Assembly (NCBI GenBank): GCA_973895155.1
Contig: OZ316898.1
Span: 10,747,755-10,811,754, forward strand
Reading direction: 5' to 3'
DNA from: Marsupella aquatica
Taxonomy: Eukaryota; Plantae; Marchantiophyta
DNA: 64,000 nt
The position numbers and the translations under genes are program-made. The notes beneath the pieces are model-generated. The model was not told where the DNA came from. It searched no databases and saw only the letters and a list, made by a program, of their open reading frames with translations. Shown here piece by piece: positions 14,263 through 27,532 of the stretch. Each line of letters begins with the position of its first letter. Within the stretch, counting starts at the first letter, position 1.

Positions 14263-17200
14263 ATGGGTGTCTTCAATGACTTGCTGAGATACAGTCCCTG
14301 GCAGATTCTGGGCGGATATAAGGTGAGTGTCGATCTAATTCCGCGTTAACACATTACAGCAACCCGTTGGCGGGCCAAAAGAATATATGGTGAATCACGT
14401 TTCTAAGCTACCTTACGCTCGGTTCACGTACAGTTCAAGTCCATGCACGTCTGAGTAGGATCATGACTCCAGGTTCCTACTGTGGATTTTTTGAAACTGG
14501 CAGCAATCAGTTGTGATGGTGGGGCAAATTGTTTCTAAACATTATTCTGTTCATGCCAACTCCTCTGAGCTAGGAATGTTCAGGCCTAGGAACCTGGATA
14601 CCGTGATACCATTCTCGATCATCTATACTTGACACTCTCTGTCAGTCAAGGAGTCGCAGTCCCCGCGAGAGGCTTACATGATTGGATGAAACTTTGTAGA
14701 TAGCTAGCTGTCAATGCTTCAACCGTGTGCAGTGGCATGGCATGGCTTTGCTTTGAACGGTAGCTAGTACCGCAACGTATACCTAGACCTTACCACATGT
14801 GTCGTCTATTCACGTACTAGTTAATCGCACTAAAGAATCCATGATTAACTAACACTGTGGTTGAATGTCCATTGTGTGCAGTACATCATCGGTCTTCCAT
14901 TTGTAATCAAAGTCTTACACACCTACTACTTCGGGGGACATGACATCGACAACTGGTGCTTTCATATGGTCCTGGTATCCCTCATGCGTTTTATGCAGGG
15001 TCAGATGTGGATGACATTCTCTCGTCTCCACTGTGTAGCAAAGAAGCACCAAGTCCACACAACTGGTGTCACGTTCGAGCAAGTGGATAGAGAATTTCAC
15101 TGGTCAGTACGTCCAACTTTCTCAGTCTATGATTATTTTGGAGAAATAGTTTAGTTATGTTTATATATATACAGGAACCGGTTTCTTGATCGATCTAGCT
15201 CCTAAGTGCGCGCTGAAGTAACAATGAGTGTGAAATTCTGTCTCCAGGTACGTTTTTCACCTCTACTATGAAGAAAGCCTTTTTGGATTGGAATTGCAGG
15301 CTTTCAACATTCATGTTTGGGATTTTGAAGCCCGGTTTGAAGCTGCGTACGTGGTCACAACAAATTCGTGTATCCCCATATATTAAAAGTCTTGTTTTTC
15401 AACGAAACCTGTGATGCAGGGATGATTCTGTGCTACTCCAGGCGTTGTTGGCCACCGTTGCTCACGTTTGCTTTCCTGGATTTCGTGAGTTGCCCCTCTG
15501 GGATTCACGTGGTATAGTGACTCTTGTACTCCTACATATGGGGCCGACTGAGTTCTTCTACTATTGGCTTCACCGAGCAATGCATACAACTTTTTTTTTT
15601 CGCAACTACCATTCCCTTCATCACGCATCCGTCCATCCAGAGCCAGTCACAGGTAACTGGGTAGCTATACAGTTTGTTTCAAAAATATTTATATCTTGAT
15701 TCATTAGCCGTACACGTTATTCTCCATCCAGAATATTTGTGTCTGCTAGCGAATTCATTTTTGGCAGCTTAAGCTGATAAATTCTTTGATAGTTTAACAG
15801 AACAAAAGTTTTCGAATCCTGGACTGTCAAGAGCATCAACATTAATATGATCATGATTCCAATATGCTATACAGAAATACCACGACCAAGGGCAGATAAA
15901 CCAAGACTGGCCGCCATTGATATGAATTCCAACATGCATGTGTCGAAGTCACACGTACCCACACAATGACTTCAAAGTGGATGAAAGCATGTAGCCAGAG
16001 GGAACGCGTCACTTTAGTCACTACAGTGAAATAAAGTATTCCCAGGGACTCCAAATTCATGCATGGATCTTACTGCATGCATGCAACTAGTGACCAAGAT
16101 GACTTTACTTAATTTGTTCTTTCTAATTGCGCGCAGGTGGAGTGGGTACATTCTTGGAGCAAATTTTGTATGCGGGGCTGATGGGGATAGCTCTGCTGGG
16201 TACAGTGCTCCTGGGTGGTGCCAGTATCAGCATGATCTACATCTACTGGTTGAGCTTCGATTTCTTGAAGTACCTCGCCCATTGCAACGTGGAGATCGTC
16301 CCACTGTCGGCATTCCGTATTCTCCCAGGCCTGAGATACCTTCTCATCACACCCTCGTAAGATTCTCTATTGCAGCAATTGTTCTCTGATGTAATCGAAT
16401 GCTGTTGACCATTTTTTGAACAGTGCGGTCAACTGGTTCAACTTAAATCCATGAAAATATGTCTACAGTTACAAATTAAAATTGAAGGTATCTTTCGTAC
16501 TACGTATATCACTACTATACAACATGGTTAATCGTGTTGACCCTATCATTGTCATAGTAGGTCTTTCACGGTCCACTGGTGTATGCCTCCCCTACCCATG
16601 AAGGATGTACGTGACTATTTCAAGGCATAAACAAATCCTTTTAGGAACACAACATCCTCCTTAATAGTACGCGATGAATGTAGGACATGGCAGTATTGCG
16701 AATTAGTTGAAATCCAAAGAAACTTGAAACTGGCAGTACAAGCACAAAGGGTTAGACTGAGGTTGCAGTTATTCACTAAGCTTTCAGAGGACAGTGATAG
16801 GAATCCAACGATAACTTTCAATACAAATTTAGGAACGTGTTCCATAACAGGCACACTTGCAGTTTCCCACATGCCAAAACATGTGTCGCCTATGACTAAC
16901 ATTAACTAGCCCGGAACAGATCAAAAGCTTAAACTTTGAGTGCACAGGGACTGATTGTCTGCCAACCACGAGGTGATGGGGCCAAGAGACCAGAAACGTT
17001 AAGTGTTCGCTGTGCGGATGTCTTGTCCTTATCTTGGCCTAACGTAGCTCGTCTTAAATATATGCTCTTGCAGGTACCATTCCTTGCACCATGCTGAGAG
17101 GGATTCAAATTACTGCCTCTTCATGCCGCTTTATGATCACATGGGCGGTACTTTCAATCCTAAGTCCACAGATCTGCACGCCCGATTGCGACAAGGTAGT

Positions 17201-20179
17201 CTGCCACTCGTTTGATTGACAGCTTATGTACTTGGAACGCAATTAATCAGTTCTGTCTTGTAGACTCTCATTCATAAAAGGTTGAAGGGTACTACGGAGT
17301 AGCTACTTGATTGTACATGTGAAGCACATGTTGTTACTGACAGCTTTGAGATGCAATATCAATGGGATGAGACAAAGTACGGTACCTCGGATTACAAGAC
17401 GATGCCCCTGGAGTCTGATGTACTAAGCTTCCCCATTGAAGACTCGTCTATCAAATAGGTGATGTCAAGGTCGACCTTAGAATGTCTCAGGCGTACGGAT
17501 AATGATCTCTAATGCTTACAATGTCGAGCATTTGCTGTTGGCAGGTCGAAAAGAGCAAATCCCTCAGTTTGTGTTCCTAGCACACTGCATCGACCTCTGC
17601 TCCTCGCTTCATGTCTCGTTCATGTTCCGCGACTTGGCAGCTCACCCTTATACTACCAGATGGTACCTATGGCCATGTGTTCCCTTCGTTGCAGTCATCA
17701 TGATCTTCATGTGGGTCTGGGCAGGCGTCTTCGTCGCTTACCAATATACCTTGGACAATATCTCCGCCCAGACCTGGGTTGTGCCCAGATATGGATTCCA
17801 GGTACGTAGTCTTTTCGGACTAGAGACAAGTCTCTCAGACTCTCACTGGACTTGATGTTTTGATCAAATCTGATTAGATTCTGAAAACATGATTGCTTCA
17901 TTCGGTTGTAGTCTCTTCAATTCTAGGAAGCTTTCAGCCATGTCAGAGGTCGACGTAGTAACGCCATGCACGTCTCATCTTCGTGTCTTTCGGATCATGG
18001 TCTGCAGTACTTCATACCCTTCAAGCTCGACTCTATCAATGCACTGATTGAGAGCGCCATCTTGGATGCGAATAGAACTGGAGTCAAAGTCATCAGCCTT
18101 GGTGCTTTGAACAAGGTATATATTGAAAGTCTATATATCTAGAACAATGTTTGGCTGTCGAACTTGTGGTTGATACTAGCTAAGCTCGTGAACCCGAAGT
18201 CATTCACAGACTTGCACTTCTTCAATTATATTTCCTTAGGTGCATTCAGTCGATGCAAGCCTTCCGGCTGAAAATTTGAATGTTCATCGTGATCGCTTCT
18301 GATACTTCCTTTGAGGAGCCGTACTGCTTAATAGATCGAGCAACCGCAAACATGCTCGGGTTGATGTGCGAATGTTGGCCTGCGCGCAGAATGAAGCATT
18401 GAATGGGGGAGGGAAGCTGTTCGTGGACAAGCACTTCAACGACTTGCGAGTGCGCGTGGTGCACGGGAACACGCTCACTGCGGCCTGCATCATTCATGGT
18501 CTTGGGAAGGACGAAACAGAAGTCTTCATGACTGGAGCGACATCTAAGCTCGGTCGAGCGATAGCTATCTACCTCTGTCGAAAACGAGTTCGCGTCTTGG
18601 TGCGTCTAATATGCGCGATTGATCTAGCTTGCAAGGAGTTCCCCAATCTATCACATTGGATATATAGCCGGATATATGCATGGTCGATCGGTCTTTCAGC
18701 TTTCAGTCGCGTATCTAAAGACTGACTCGTTGTACTTGGCGCGCCGTTTTGATCGATCGATTGGTTCTGAGCAGATGCTGACGAGCTCTGAAGAAAGATA
18801 TGATGCCATAGTCAAGGAAGTCCCGCAGGATTTGAGGCACTTTCTGGTACGCGTGACGAAGTACCAAGCTGGGAAAAACTGCAAGGTACCTATAATCACT
18901 CGCTAATTAACCAGCCGTGAAAGGATCTAATTTCTTGATACGCCATTTTAGAACCTTTCACAGATAAAGTTGAAGGCATTTGGGACAACGATCTTCGATT
19001 GGAGTTGCAGTTTGCGCCTTATAAACCATTGCTCTTTGTGTTATGTACATCCTGATCTTAATTAATTATGAACCAAATGCTCGACGTACCGCAGACATGG
19101 ATCATGGGAAAGTGGGTAGCAAACGCAGACCAGCAGTGGGCACCAGCGGGTACGCATTTCCACCAATTTGTTGTGCCTCCTGTTCCCGAGCTCCGAAAGG
19201 ACTGCACTTACGGAAAGCTTGCAGCAATGCGCCTGCCCAAGCAAGTGAAGAACATTTCCTCTTGTGAGGTATGTGCAGCCCGGTTGTCAAAGTTGGACGT
19301 TAGACTTGAATTTCCAGAAGTTCGTACGTGCGTCGATTAAAGAAGACTTGAACAGACAGTCGGAATGATGATAACATCTCCAAATACTTCCTAATTATTG
19401 CAGTGAGAGCCCTCCCACCACGTGGGTGCCTCTTGAGCGCCGTACAGGTGATCGATCGAGTGGCTGATTGTGGCTGTCGTACCAAATTCTCACTAGGGTC
19501 ACAGATTTCAGGAGACGATCATTTGAATTTTTGTTTAGGGATATGATTACCAAGCTAGGATGTGACCAGGTAATTATTCGGAATCGTTCGCAGTACCCAC
19601 CTGTGTTAATTAGAGGCCCACACGGATGAACTCGATCGATCGTCGCTTTTTATCAACTTCTGGAAATTGAGATGGTTTGCTTCAGTGTAATTTTTTTGTT
19701 ACAAATCGTCGAGTCCAATAGCACTTTGTTCACACAACTTGTTGTGGCTAAGTCGTGAATTGAATCATTTGTCAATCACTTCACAACTACGAGTGAGTGT
19801 GAATAGAATTAGTATAGAAATTCGAAACAAGTGTAGTACAGAAATTCGACATAAGTGTCCAGAGCCTGGGCATCGAAATTTTGAGTTTTATCATCATGGC
19901 TTGCTGACTGAATTGTCTTTTATTCCTACCTAAAATTTCCAGACCTTTTCAATAATCCAAAAAAACAGAAAATAGCTATTCTTCATCAAATAACATTATG
20001 CACCTCGATCGTTTGTGCAGAGCTGGTGTGACAGATCCGTGGTGCATGCTTGTCATGCGGGAGGACTGGTTCACTGTTTGGAAGGCTGGACACATCATGA
20101 AGTAGGAAGTATAGACGTTGATGGCATTGACATTGTTTGGGCAGCAGCAATGAGGCACGGCTTCGCTCTCGATGTTTAA
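14263..20179 (+). CDS. CER3: ECERIFERUM3/WAX2/GL1-type very-long-chain alkane biosynthesis protein (fatty acid hydroxylase domain + WAX2 C-terminal reductase domain), 624 aa, 11 exons
   Basis: Exons 14263-14322, 14882-15102, 15420-15652, 16137-16356, 17074-17195, 17545-17801, 18008-18115, 18390-18599, 18775-18885, 19095-19268, 20021-20179; all introns GT..AG; total 1875 nt. His boxes [30 protein letters not shown]3 signatures [63 protein letters not shown]. Likely 5'UTR intron 14051-14245. Confidence 0.93.
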
Positions 20180-20202
20180 ACATGCATCAAGACAGTTTTA
20201 TA

Positions 20203-20284
20203 CTTGCAACACCTAAGTAGCTGGCTAGCATTCCAACAAGGTCCTTGCAACGCCTAAGTAGCTGGCTAGCATTCCAACAAGGTC
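20203..20284. repeat. 41-bp tandem duplication in the CER3 3'UTR
   Basis: CTTGCAACRCCTAAGTAGCTGGCTAGCATTCCAACAAGGTC x2, one mismatch. Confidence 0.9.
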
Positions 20285-23200
20285 CTAGCTCACATGTACA
20301 ACTTTAGAGCTTTTGGAGATCATGTCATGCCATTATCAAATTGGCGCACCCTTCAGATCATATGTCTGAACTCAGAGGTGAATTTCGTAAAGTGGCCTCA
20401 ATCCTCCGTTGAATCGACATTAGATGACACCTCAAATTAACAACCCTCATCGAACTTTGCGGTGTCCAGTTGGCCAACCGAGGGAAGGTTTTTTGTGGCG
20501 ACCCAGACAGTTAAGAGATTGAACATTCCGAGTAACATTTGAGAGTCCATCTTACGTCGATTCAATCTAGTCAACTAGAGGAAAAGTTGTGTCACAACCG
20601 AAATAGAATACCGAAAGGAATTATGTCTTAAACTCCTCATATTGAGTATTGAGTATTCATCCTCCCGAGCGAACATATGGGCAGGATCGATAATGTTGTG
20701 ATTCTGCGCCACACTTAGCAACGGATGCTTGCGCTTTCACCATTCACTTGCTGTCACAAATGAATGAAGAATTTAGTTAGGAAACTGATGTATCACCACT
20801 GAAATGATTATATATACCAAGCTGGCAATTGAACATTGTAAAACTTTCATCGCGGGTCAGACAACGTAAGTTGCACTAAGATTTGTGGACAATTTCATGC
20901 ATTCAATTCCACAACTTACAGCACCTAGCCCGGAGAGATGTTTTTGGCCACGGATCACTTGGGAATTCAGACAACTAATCGAGTAAAACATCACCGAAAT
21001 CGTGCACTTCCGTTTTCACAAGACCTTTGGCTCGTGTCAAGTCCTATCTACGTAATATGCAGTAGTGGGCCAGAAGCCTTTCCCGATTCAATTCCCGGTT
21101 ACGTACTCAACATAGGTGTGTCCCGTGCGGCCATTGGAGCCGGGACTGATTCCTACAAGGAGGCGCGAATCAAATGCCTAGTAAATGATCAACCTTGAGT
21201 ATAAATGATGTAACTTCGAATCCAACTATCCTACTAGGCTATGAAGGTACGCACGTAGTCCTCTGTCGCCCACAAAACTGGGCAGGTAACTTGCCACATA
21301 AGATTAAGGGGAGAGAATTCTGGACTTGTGATTCCATCCATATGCTTGGGTAGTTTCCACCAGCGATCCTGTGTGCAATCCGGGAAGCTAGCTTGATGGC
21401 GGTCTCCTTTCGCCGATCCCATGCAAGCCACTCCAGGAGATTCTAGGAAGTGTTCCTGGACAGACGAGGGATGAACGCAGTCAATAAAATCTCACTCTCG
21501 ACCAGAGGTGTACACGAGGGAGTCTTGTGACAGGATGATCTGTCTTCTCTTCTGATCGACTGCTATCTGTTGTTAGAGTTTCTTCGGTTACTTATTTCTC
21601 ATGTAAAATGCCGCGGGTGATTGTCTGCACTCCTCGTGTCATTTCTTAAGAGTTTCCGGTTTTACTTTACTCATGTAAACTGCCGCGGGTGTAAGTCGTT
21701 GAACTCACCACGTGTCAGTGTTTTAGGAGTTCTCGGTTTTCCGTTGTAAGGAGTTCACGTTCAATTCTCTGTATTTGAATTGTCTCGTTTATCCGCGGGG
21801 ATGTGAGGTATTAAGGTTCATCTCTCCCTCCCTCTGCGGTATTGATCTGAGTTCATTTCTTAAGCTTTCTGTTCGATTCTCTTCACGGAGAATACGGGGA
21901 AAATAAAGAGGACAATCTGTACACCATCTATTCTCGATGTGTAGTCTCAGTCAATTGATGTGTGTAAAATTGTTATGTTCGCTCTATTGAGAACGATGAC
22001 AAGTCTCCAATTTCCAAGAAGCAAATTAAAGGCACTCCCAATCGTGCAGTGTAACTGACATCACACTCTCCACTCCTAAGTTAGTGAATCTTCATCTCTA
22101 TGTGGAGCAATGGCTAGGGATCACAAGCAAAGACGGTCACTCAGACAATCGACGAGAGTGGTGACTCGCTTCCGTCGAATGCATCGCACAACTGTTTGTT
22201 ATAAAAACGGTAGCCCAGTAACAACAGAGACCAATTCGATTTGTCCCCATCTTGTTGGGCAGACTTGAGTAAGGCAGACGCAATTGAAAGCTTGCGGGCC
22301 TGCCCATCGCGCTTCTCCAACCACAGAAATATCGAAAAGGACTCGATCTGGTCGAGGGGCCCGGCTGTGTTTGCCTCTTGCTTGTAGAGCACGAAGGCTT
22401 CGTATCGGCGGAGGGGGACGAATATAAGGCGGGTCATATTTACATGTGCTTTACGGTGAAGGGGAACCGTTTAATGCAGTGTGTAAAAAGGTAATTCAAC
22501 AATGTTTGAGCGACCTACTAAATCTGCTAACTAAAGCCCAGATGTCCACCTACATTGTATCACCACTGAAATGATTATATATACCACCTACATTTCATTT
22601 CTTTCATGGTAAGAACATAATGTGCACCAAATTGTGTCACGGGAACAATATAACAACAAAAACTGAAATTAATAATGTATAATTATGAAATAGAGAATGA
22701 AAATGCACATTTAACATTTCTTGTAGCTTCCCTAGTGGCAAACTACTTGAAGCGCTCCTTGTAACAAGAGCAGCGCCGTATGAACAACATGATTTTCGAT
22801 AGCTCTGCAGCAGAAAAGACGTTCTTTCTGACAAGAACATTGCTCTCTGAAAAATATGATTCATCAACAATGCTCCCCAAAAGAAAAAATCTTAAGTAGC
22901 TCTATAACAATAAAATTAGTCAAAACACTTTTTATAGCAAGAGCAATAATCTCTAAAAAATAGGATTCCACAACAAGGCTCATGTAAATAAAATTTTCCT
23001 TTAGCTTCACAATAGAAAAATCTTGGGTCCTCACTTCTTTTCTTCCGACCCATTGCGTGCAAAGAAGTTAGGGGTTTTTAATTTGAATCCGTGGAAGACT
23101 TTACAATTTTGTTGAAGAAACATAGGGGCGTTTTAATCCAATTTTAAGAATTATAAGAACTATAAAGTTTTTAAATATCAAAAGTGAGAATATTCATAGA

Positions 23201-24071
23201 ATATTCCATAAAGTTAGGGGTAAAAATATAGTAAAAGTCAACTTTATTTTCTTAAGTTTTAGGGTGTTATTACTTGTAAACTCCACCCGTGATGTGGGCC
23301 CCGAGGGAAAATGACTATATTTCCGATAACATGCAAGCAATGCTCTATAAAAAATATTTTACAACAACATTTCTGGAAATTGTATAATCATTCCCGCAAA
23401 GTATCTATGCCCTAGAATCTCAAGAAAGTGTGGAGAAAAATTGTGATCTATATGTGACAATTGAGCTTATTTGGGTGCCACCTGGCCTCCTTGGTGTGAA
23501 TTGTCTCCTTGGCTCATGAGTCATTGTGCTGCTTGCTTTCCCCCCTTTGAGGGGCTTTTGAATATTAAAAAATATTTTAGAGTAAATTAAGTTCATTTGG
23601 TTTTTACCATTGGGAAAAGTACTTAAGGCGTATGAATAAATGTGAAGCACTTAATCTATTCAAAGTTTCATCTACTTTGAATAGATGAAACTTTATAAGG
23701 TCTTTACATAAGAACCAAATTAAATGTACTTTAAATGTTATCTTTTTTATTAAACTCTTAAAAATAGGTAGAGTAATTATGTGGAGGGGAAGAGTATTGG
23801 GAGAAAACAGCAAGTTCTCAATAAAAAAATGCTATGGCCAATGACATATTTTTAGGATAGAAGTGGTGACAGAGTTAGTGACAGAGAAAATTTATGGATA
23901 GAAGTGCAGATTTGGAAACTGACACTATACTCTATGGACAGAAATGTAAATAACAATGTCCAAGCACATTTTTATGTTTTGATCCTGTCCATGCAGGTCT
24001 GGTTTATCCATGAGAACTTCACGAACAACGTGCAAGTCCATCTGGGCTTTAAGTTCACTAAATCTGCATGG

Positions 24072-24279
24072 AAAAGGTAATTCAATAATTTTCTGCGGAC
24101 TTATTAAATCGTTACCCTTAACATCTCTTGCCAAATAACCAAACTACACTCAAATCTCATCAAAAAGGTTTGTTTAAAAGGTAATTCAATAATGTTTTAT
24201 GGACTTATTAAATCATTACCCTTAACATCTCTTGCCAAATAACCAAACTATATTCAAATCTCATCAAAAAGGGTTGTTT
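24072..24279. repeat. ~104-bp tandem duplication in an AT-rich, probably TE-derived region
   Basis: AAAAGGTAATTCAATAAT...CTCATCAAAAAGG..TGTTT starts at 24072 and again at 24176. Confidence 0.85.
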
Positions 24280-25979
24280 AAGCTAGTTTCACTCTTCTTA
24301 TCATCTAACATTCTTAACTTTGTTTTTTTATAAATAGTTTCGATCATAGGGTTCCATTGGTCAAAAGCAACTAATATTTTTGGTTCATTTGCTTAATCCA
24401 AGTCTCTAAGAGCCAGATATAAATGGGTACAATTCAAGATATCCATATTCCAAGTAAAAACTTCCTAACCAATCTCATTCCTTGTTCCTATTATTTACTT
24501 AGCATACACATTCCTTTTTTAATCTTAAATTAAAGCTTAATTTTATCTTAATACTTAGCTCAATACTCAAAGATTTTCTTGTCTTTTCATTTTTTATAAT
24601 CAATCGGGTAATCAATGCATATATAGGAATTGGGTATATATGGAATACTCTTACTTTTCTAACCTAACTTTAATCTTACTTTTACTAATCAATAATCAAC
24701 TTTCATAATAATAATTATATACCTTACTCAAGACTAATCATATTACAACTTTAAAACTTGTATGCTTGTTTTTTATTCTTTTGTTTCAACACATTAGGGC
24801 ATCTCATCTTTGTACTTCTTGTTCCTAGTGCAAGCTACTGACCCCCCAAAAGCATGGGGCATGTGTAAGTAAGGGGGGTTGAACTTTGATAGGGCTGCAA
24901 AAAATCAGCCTGCCGCATGCAAAAACACTTGGGCGAAAAAGGGTGGTTGCCCGGTCGGTTGCCGCTCGGTGTATTGCACATTTCAGTCCGCGTCCCGCAC
25001 CACAAAGTTTTGGCTCGACTAAAATCCCATATTAATTGTTCAAAGTTTGAGACGCCCTATTAATGTCCATCATTAACAATCTTCTTATACCATTGCATTG
25101 TCTTTCACAAAAGAATAATCAAATCAAACTTTCTTTTATTTTTATAAGCTTTGCATGGTTAAGGGTTACATCCAGTCCGTTTGGGTGGCCCTTACAATGA
25201 ACCCCCTATGATCGTGATTGTATCCTTTTTACCCCTTGTTATTTTCATTCTTCTATAAAAAATTGTCTTGACATTATTAGTAATAATTATAATTATTAGT
25301 TCAAATAAATAAAAACTAATATTCTTGCACTTACTCCACGTATTAATTAAGACTGAGGGCCCAGAGTTTGCAAACACAAGTTTTGGCGAGGTATCAGGAA
25401 AATACCTGAAAAGTACTGAGAATCCTTTTGATTTTCCTGACAAAACATTAAATGGCTCTGCAAAAGTCTGGAAGCAAAAAAAGTTATAGCACTGTCCAAA
25501 GTAGGATTGTTCGCTTGGACCCTCCTAAACTGTAGTACCTAGTCTATGTTAACTTGGCATTTTTATCATGGTAAGGTGTATGCCCAATCCCATGCCCAAT
25601 CCACCTTACAGTTTTAATGTGCCATAACAAGGTGCATTATGTGTGTTATTTAGATTGTAAATTATTCTGGCACCTATTTGACAGTTTTTAATTTTGCTAT
25701 CTTTCCAGTGAGTTGAGATTTCAATGCAATGCATCCAAGCCCCTTAGCAAATTTTATGGAATTTCTGCCAATGGAGAAGATTGATCTTGCCTACCTTCTG
25801 GTGGGGGTTCAAAGACCTTTGGCCTGACTAGTGTGTGTGTCTTGTTAGCTGTTTGTTTGCTGTGTGGCCACTGTTCTTTCTAGGTGGCTTTCGTCCCCAG
25901 GGAACGCCGTTAAGGGCTTTGTTCCCCTCCCTTCTTTAAAGAAAAAAAAAGTCTCACAAACTCATTTACAAGAATTTGA

Positions 25980-26386
25980 TGTTGGGTATTTACTCTTACG
26001 TCTAGGTTAGGTATGACGTGGTTGGTACAACAACGTGGGTTGATACAACTACGTGGTTAGGTACAACTACGTGATTAGGTACAACTATGTGGTTAGGTAC
26101 AACTACGTGGTTAGGTACTAACAACTAAGTTGTACACTATATCATAAGAGACATGTGTGCTTGAAGAGGTAGAACCAAGGCTCATTGTTATGGAGCCACT
26201 TGAGAGATAGGGAGAGCTTACACTGTGGAGACTCGGTATAGGCGATGGGCTTAGAGTTCAGTAAAGCTCTCTTGTGTGTTCCCGTGGACGTAGCCTCAAG
26301 GAGGTGAACCACGTATCTCTTGTGTCGACTATTGTGCGTTGGATGGTTCATGGGCTTGTCGTTGCGATCGTCGTCTATGCTCAACA
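25980..26386 (+). repeat. 5' LTR (407 bp)
   Basis: TGTTGG...TCAACA. Manual alignment to the 3' LTR gives 10 substitutions and one 4-bp indel. U3 carries ~18-bp GTACAACTACGTGGTTAG tandem units. Confidence 0.95.
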
Positions 26387-26388
26387 AT

Positions 26389-26400
26389 TGGTATCAGAGC
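26389..26400 (+). promoter_or_regulatory. primer binding site complementary to initiator tRNA-Met
   Basis: TGGTATCAGAGC two nt after the 5' LTR. Confidence 0.93.
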
Positions 26401-27532
26401 ATGCTTGGGAGATGACGTGTGTTCGTGACGGGATTTCATGATGGTTTTTCCAGCGTTGAGTGTCGGTGGATTTCCCAGAGTTCCGTCGCATGGAACTTGG
26501 AGTTTATGGGCTCAACGGATAGATCAGGGCAAGAGCTTTCTAACGGTGTGAAGAAATCGCTGAACGGAGCTTGTGGTGCAGAGAGATCTAAGTTTTTGTC
26601 ATTCTGGATTTTGTGAAGAAAGTTGGCAATCGACTCGGAGGGAGAAGCGTCAAGTGTTTTGACTCAACGGAGAGATTGAGGCAAGACGATTGTTTTGAGT
26701 CCGGGATTGGCTCTTTGATGCAAAGAGGAAGGCTAAGCAAAATCAATTACCTTGTTGGACTTGGTGATGGCACCAAGTGCAATTGATCAACATTCGTTGT
26801 TGACAAGGTACCATTTTTTTCTCTTTGAAAAACTGATTCGAAATTGGCTATGGCAATTGAGAGAAATCTGTCATCTTTACCAATTTTTTTGTTCTTTCCT
26901 CGTTTTGGGTGTTTCTTATATCGATCTTCACCGCCTCGGAGTCTAGTTTCCAAATCTGAAATCAGATCTTGATTTCGTCAAAACCCGAGTGAGATATCTT
27001 GCGTTTGGTGTCGAGGGGTACATTCTGTCGTGTGTATTTTCTGCGCGCGCGACCAGATTTCGACGACGAAGGGTGGTAGGGGGTTTTGGGGGTTCGAGGA
27101 CACGTGTCAGTCCCTCGATTGTTCTTCCAAAATTCCCACAAGGCCTGTACAAGGGTCATAGAATATTCCAAAAAACCAGAGAGCTATTTTTTGACCGTCC
27201 GACAAAGATTTCATCCGCCGAACGGTAACTTTTTTGGTTATTTTTCGGCGAGGTCGTAGCCATTGAAGTTGGCAATGCGGCGCACCAATCACATCGCAAT
27301 TCCAACAACGGGTTGTACTTGGTATTTCGGTTATTCCCTGAGGTGGTCAAAACGGGGGAGTTTCCCAAGGTTTTACCCACCTCGACCGAAATTTGAATAA
27401 CTTTTCCGTCAAATTTTGATTTTGATTTTGGTTTTCAGTATTGGACTCCTAGCTTTGTGGGCTACGCAGCGGTGTTGAGTTTCGAGTTTTTTGAGAAGTT
27501 GTGAAAAACAACATTTTTTGTGATTTTCTCAT

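Noticed and set aside
20930-21925. Possible solo LTR with ~72-bp internal repeats
   Set aside because: Could not find TG..CA termini with a matching TSD, so boundaries are unsupported.
22141-22437. 98-aa GC-rich minus-strand ORF
   Set aside because: Looks like a gene fragment, but no family or flanking exons could be identified.
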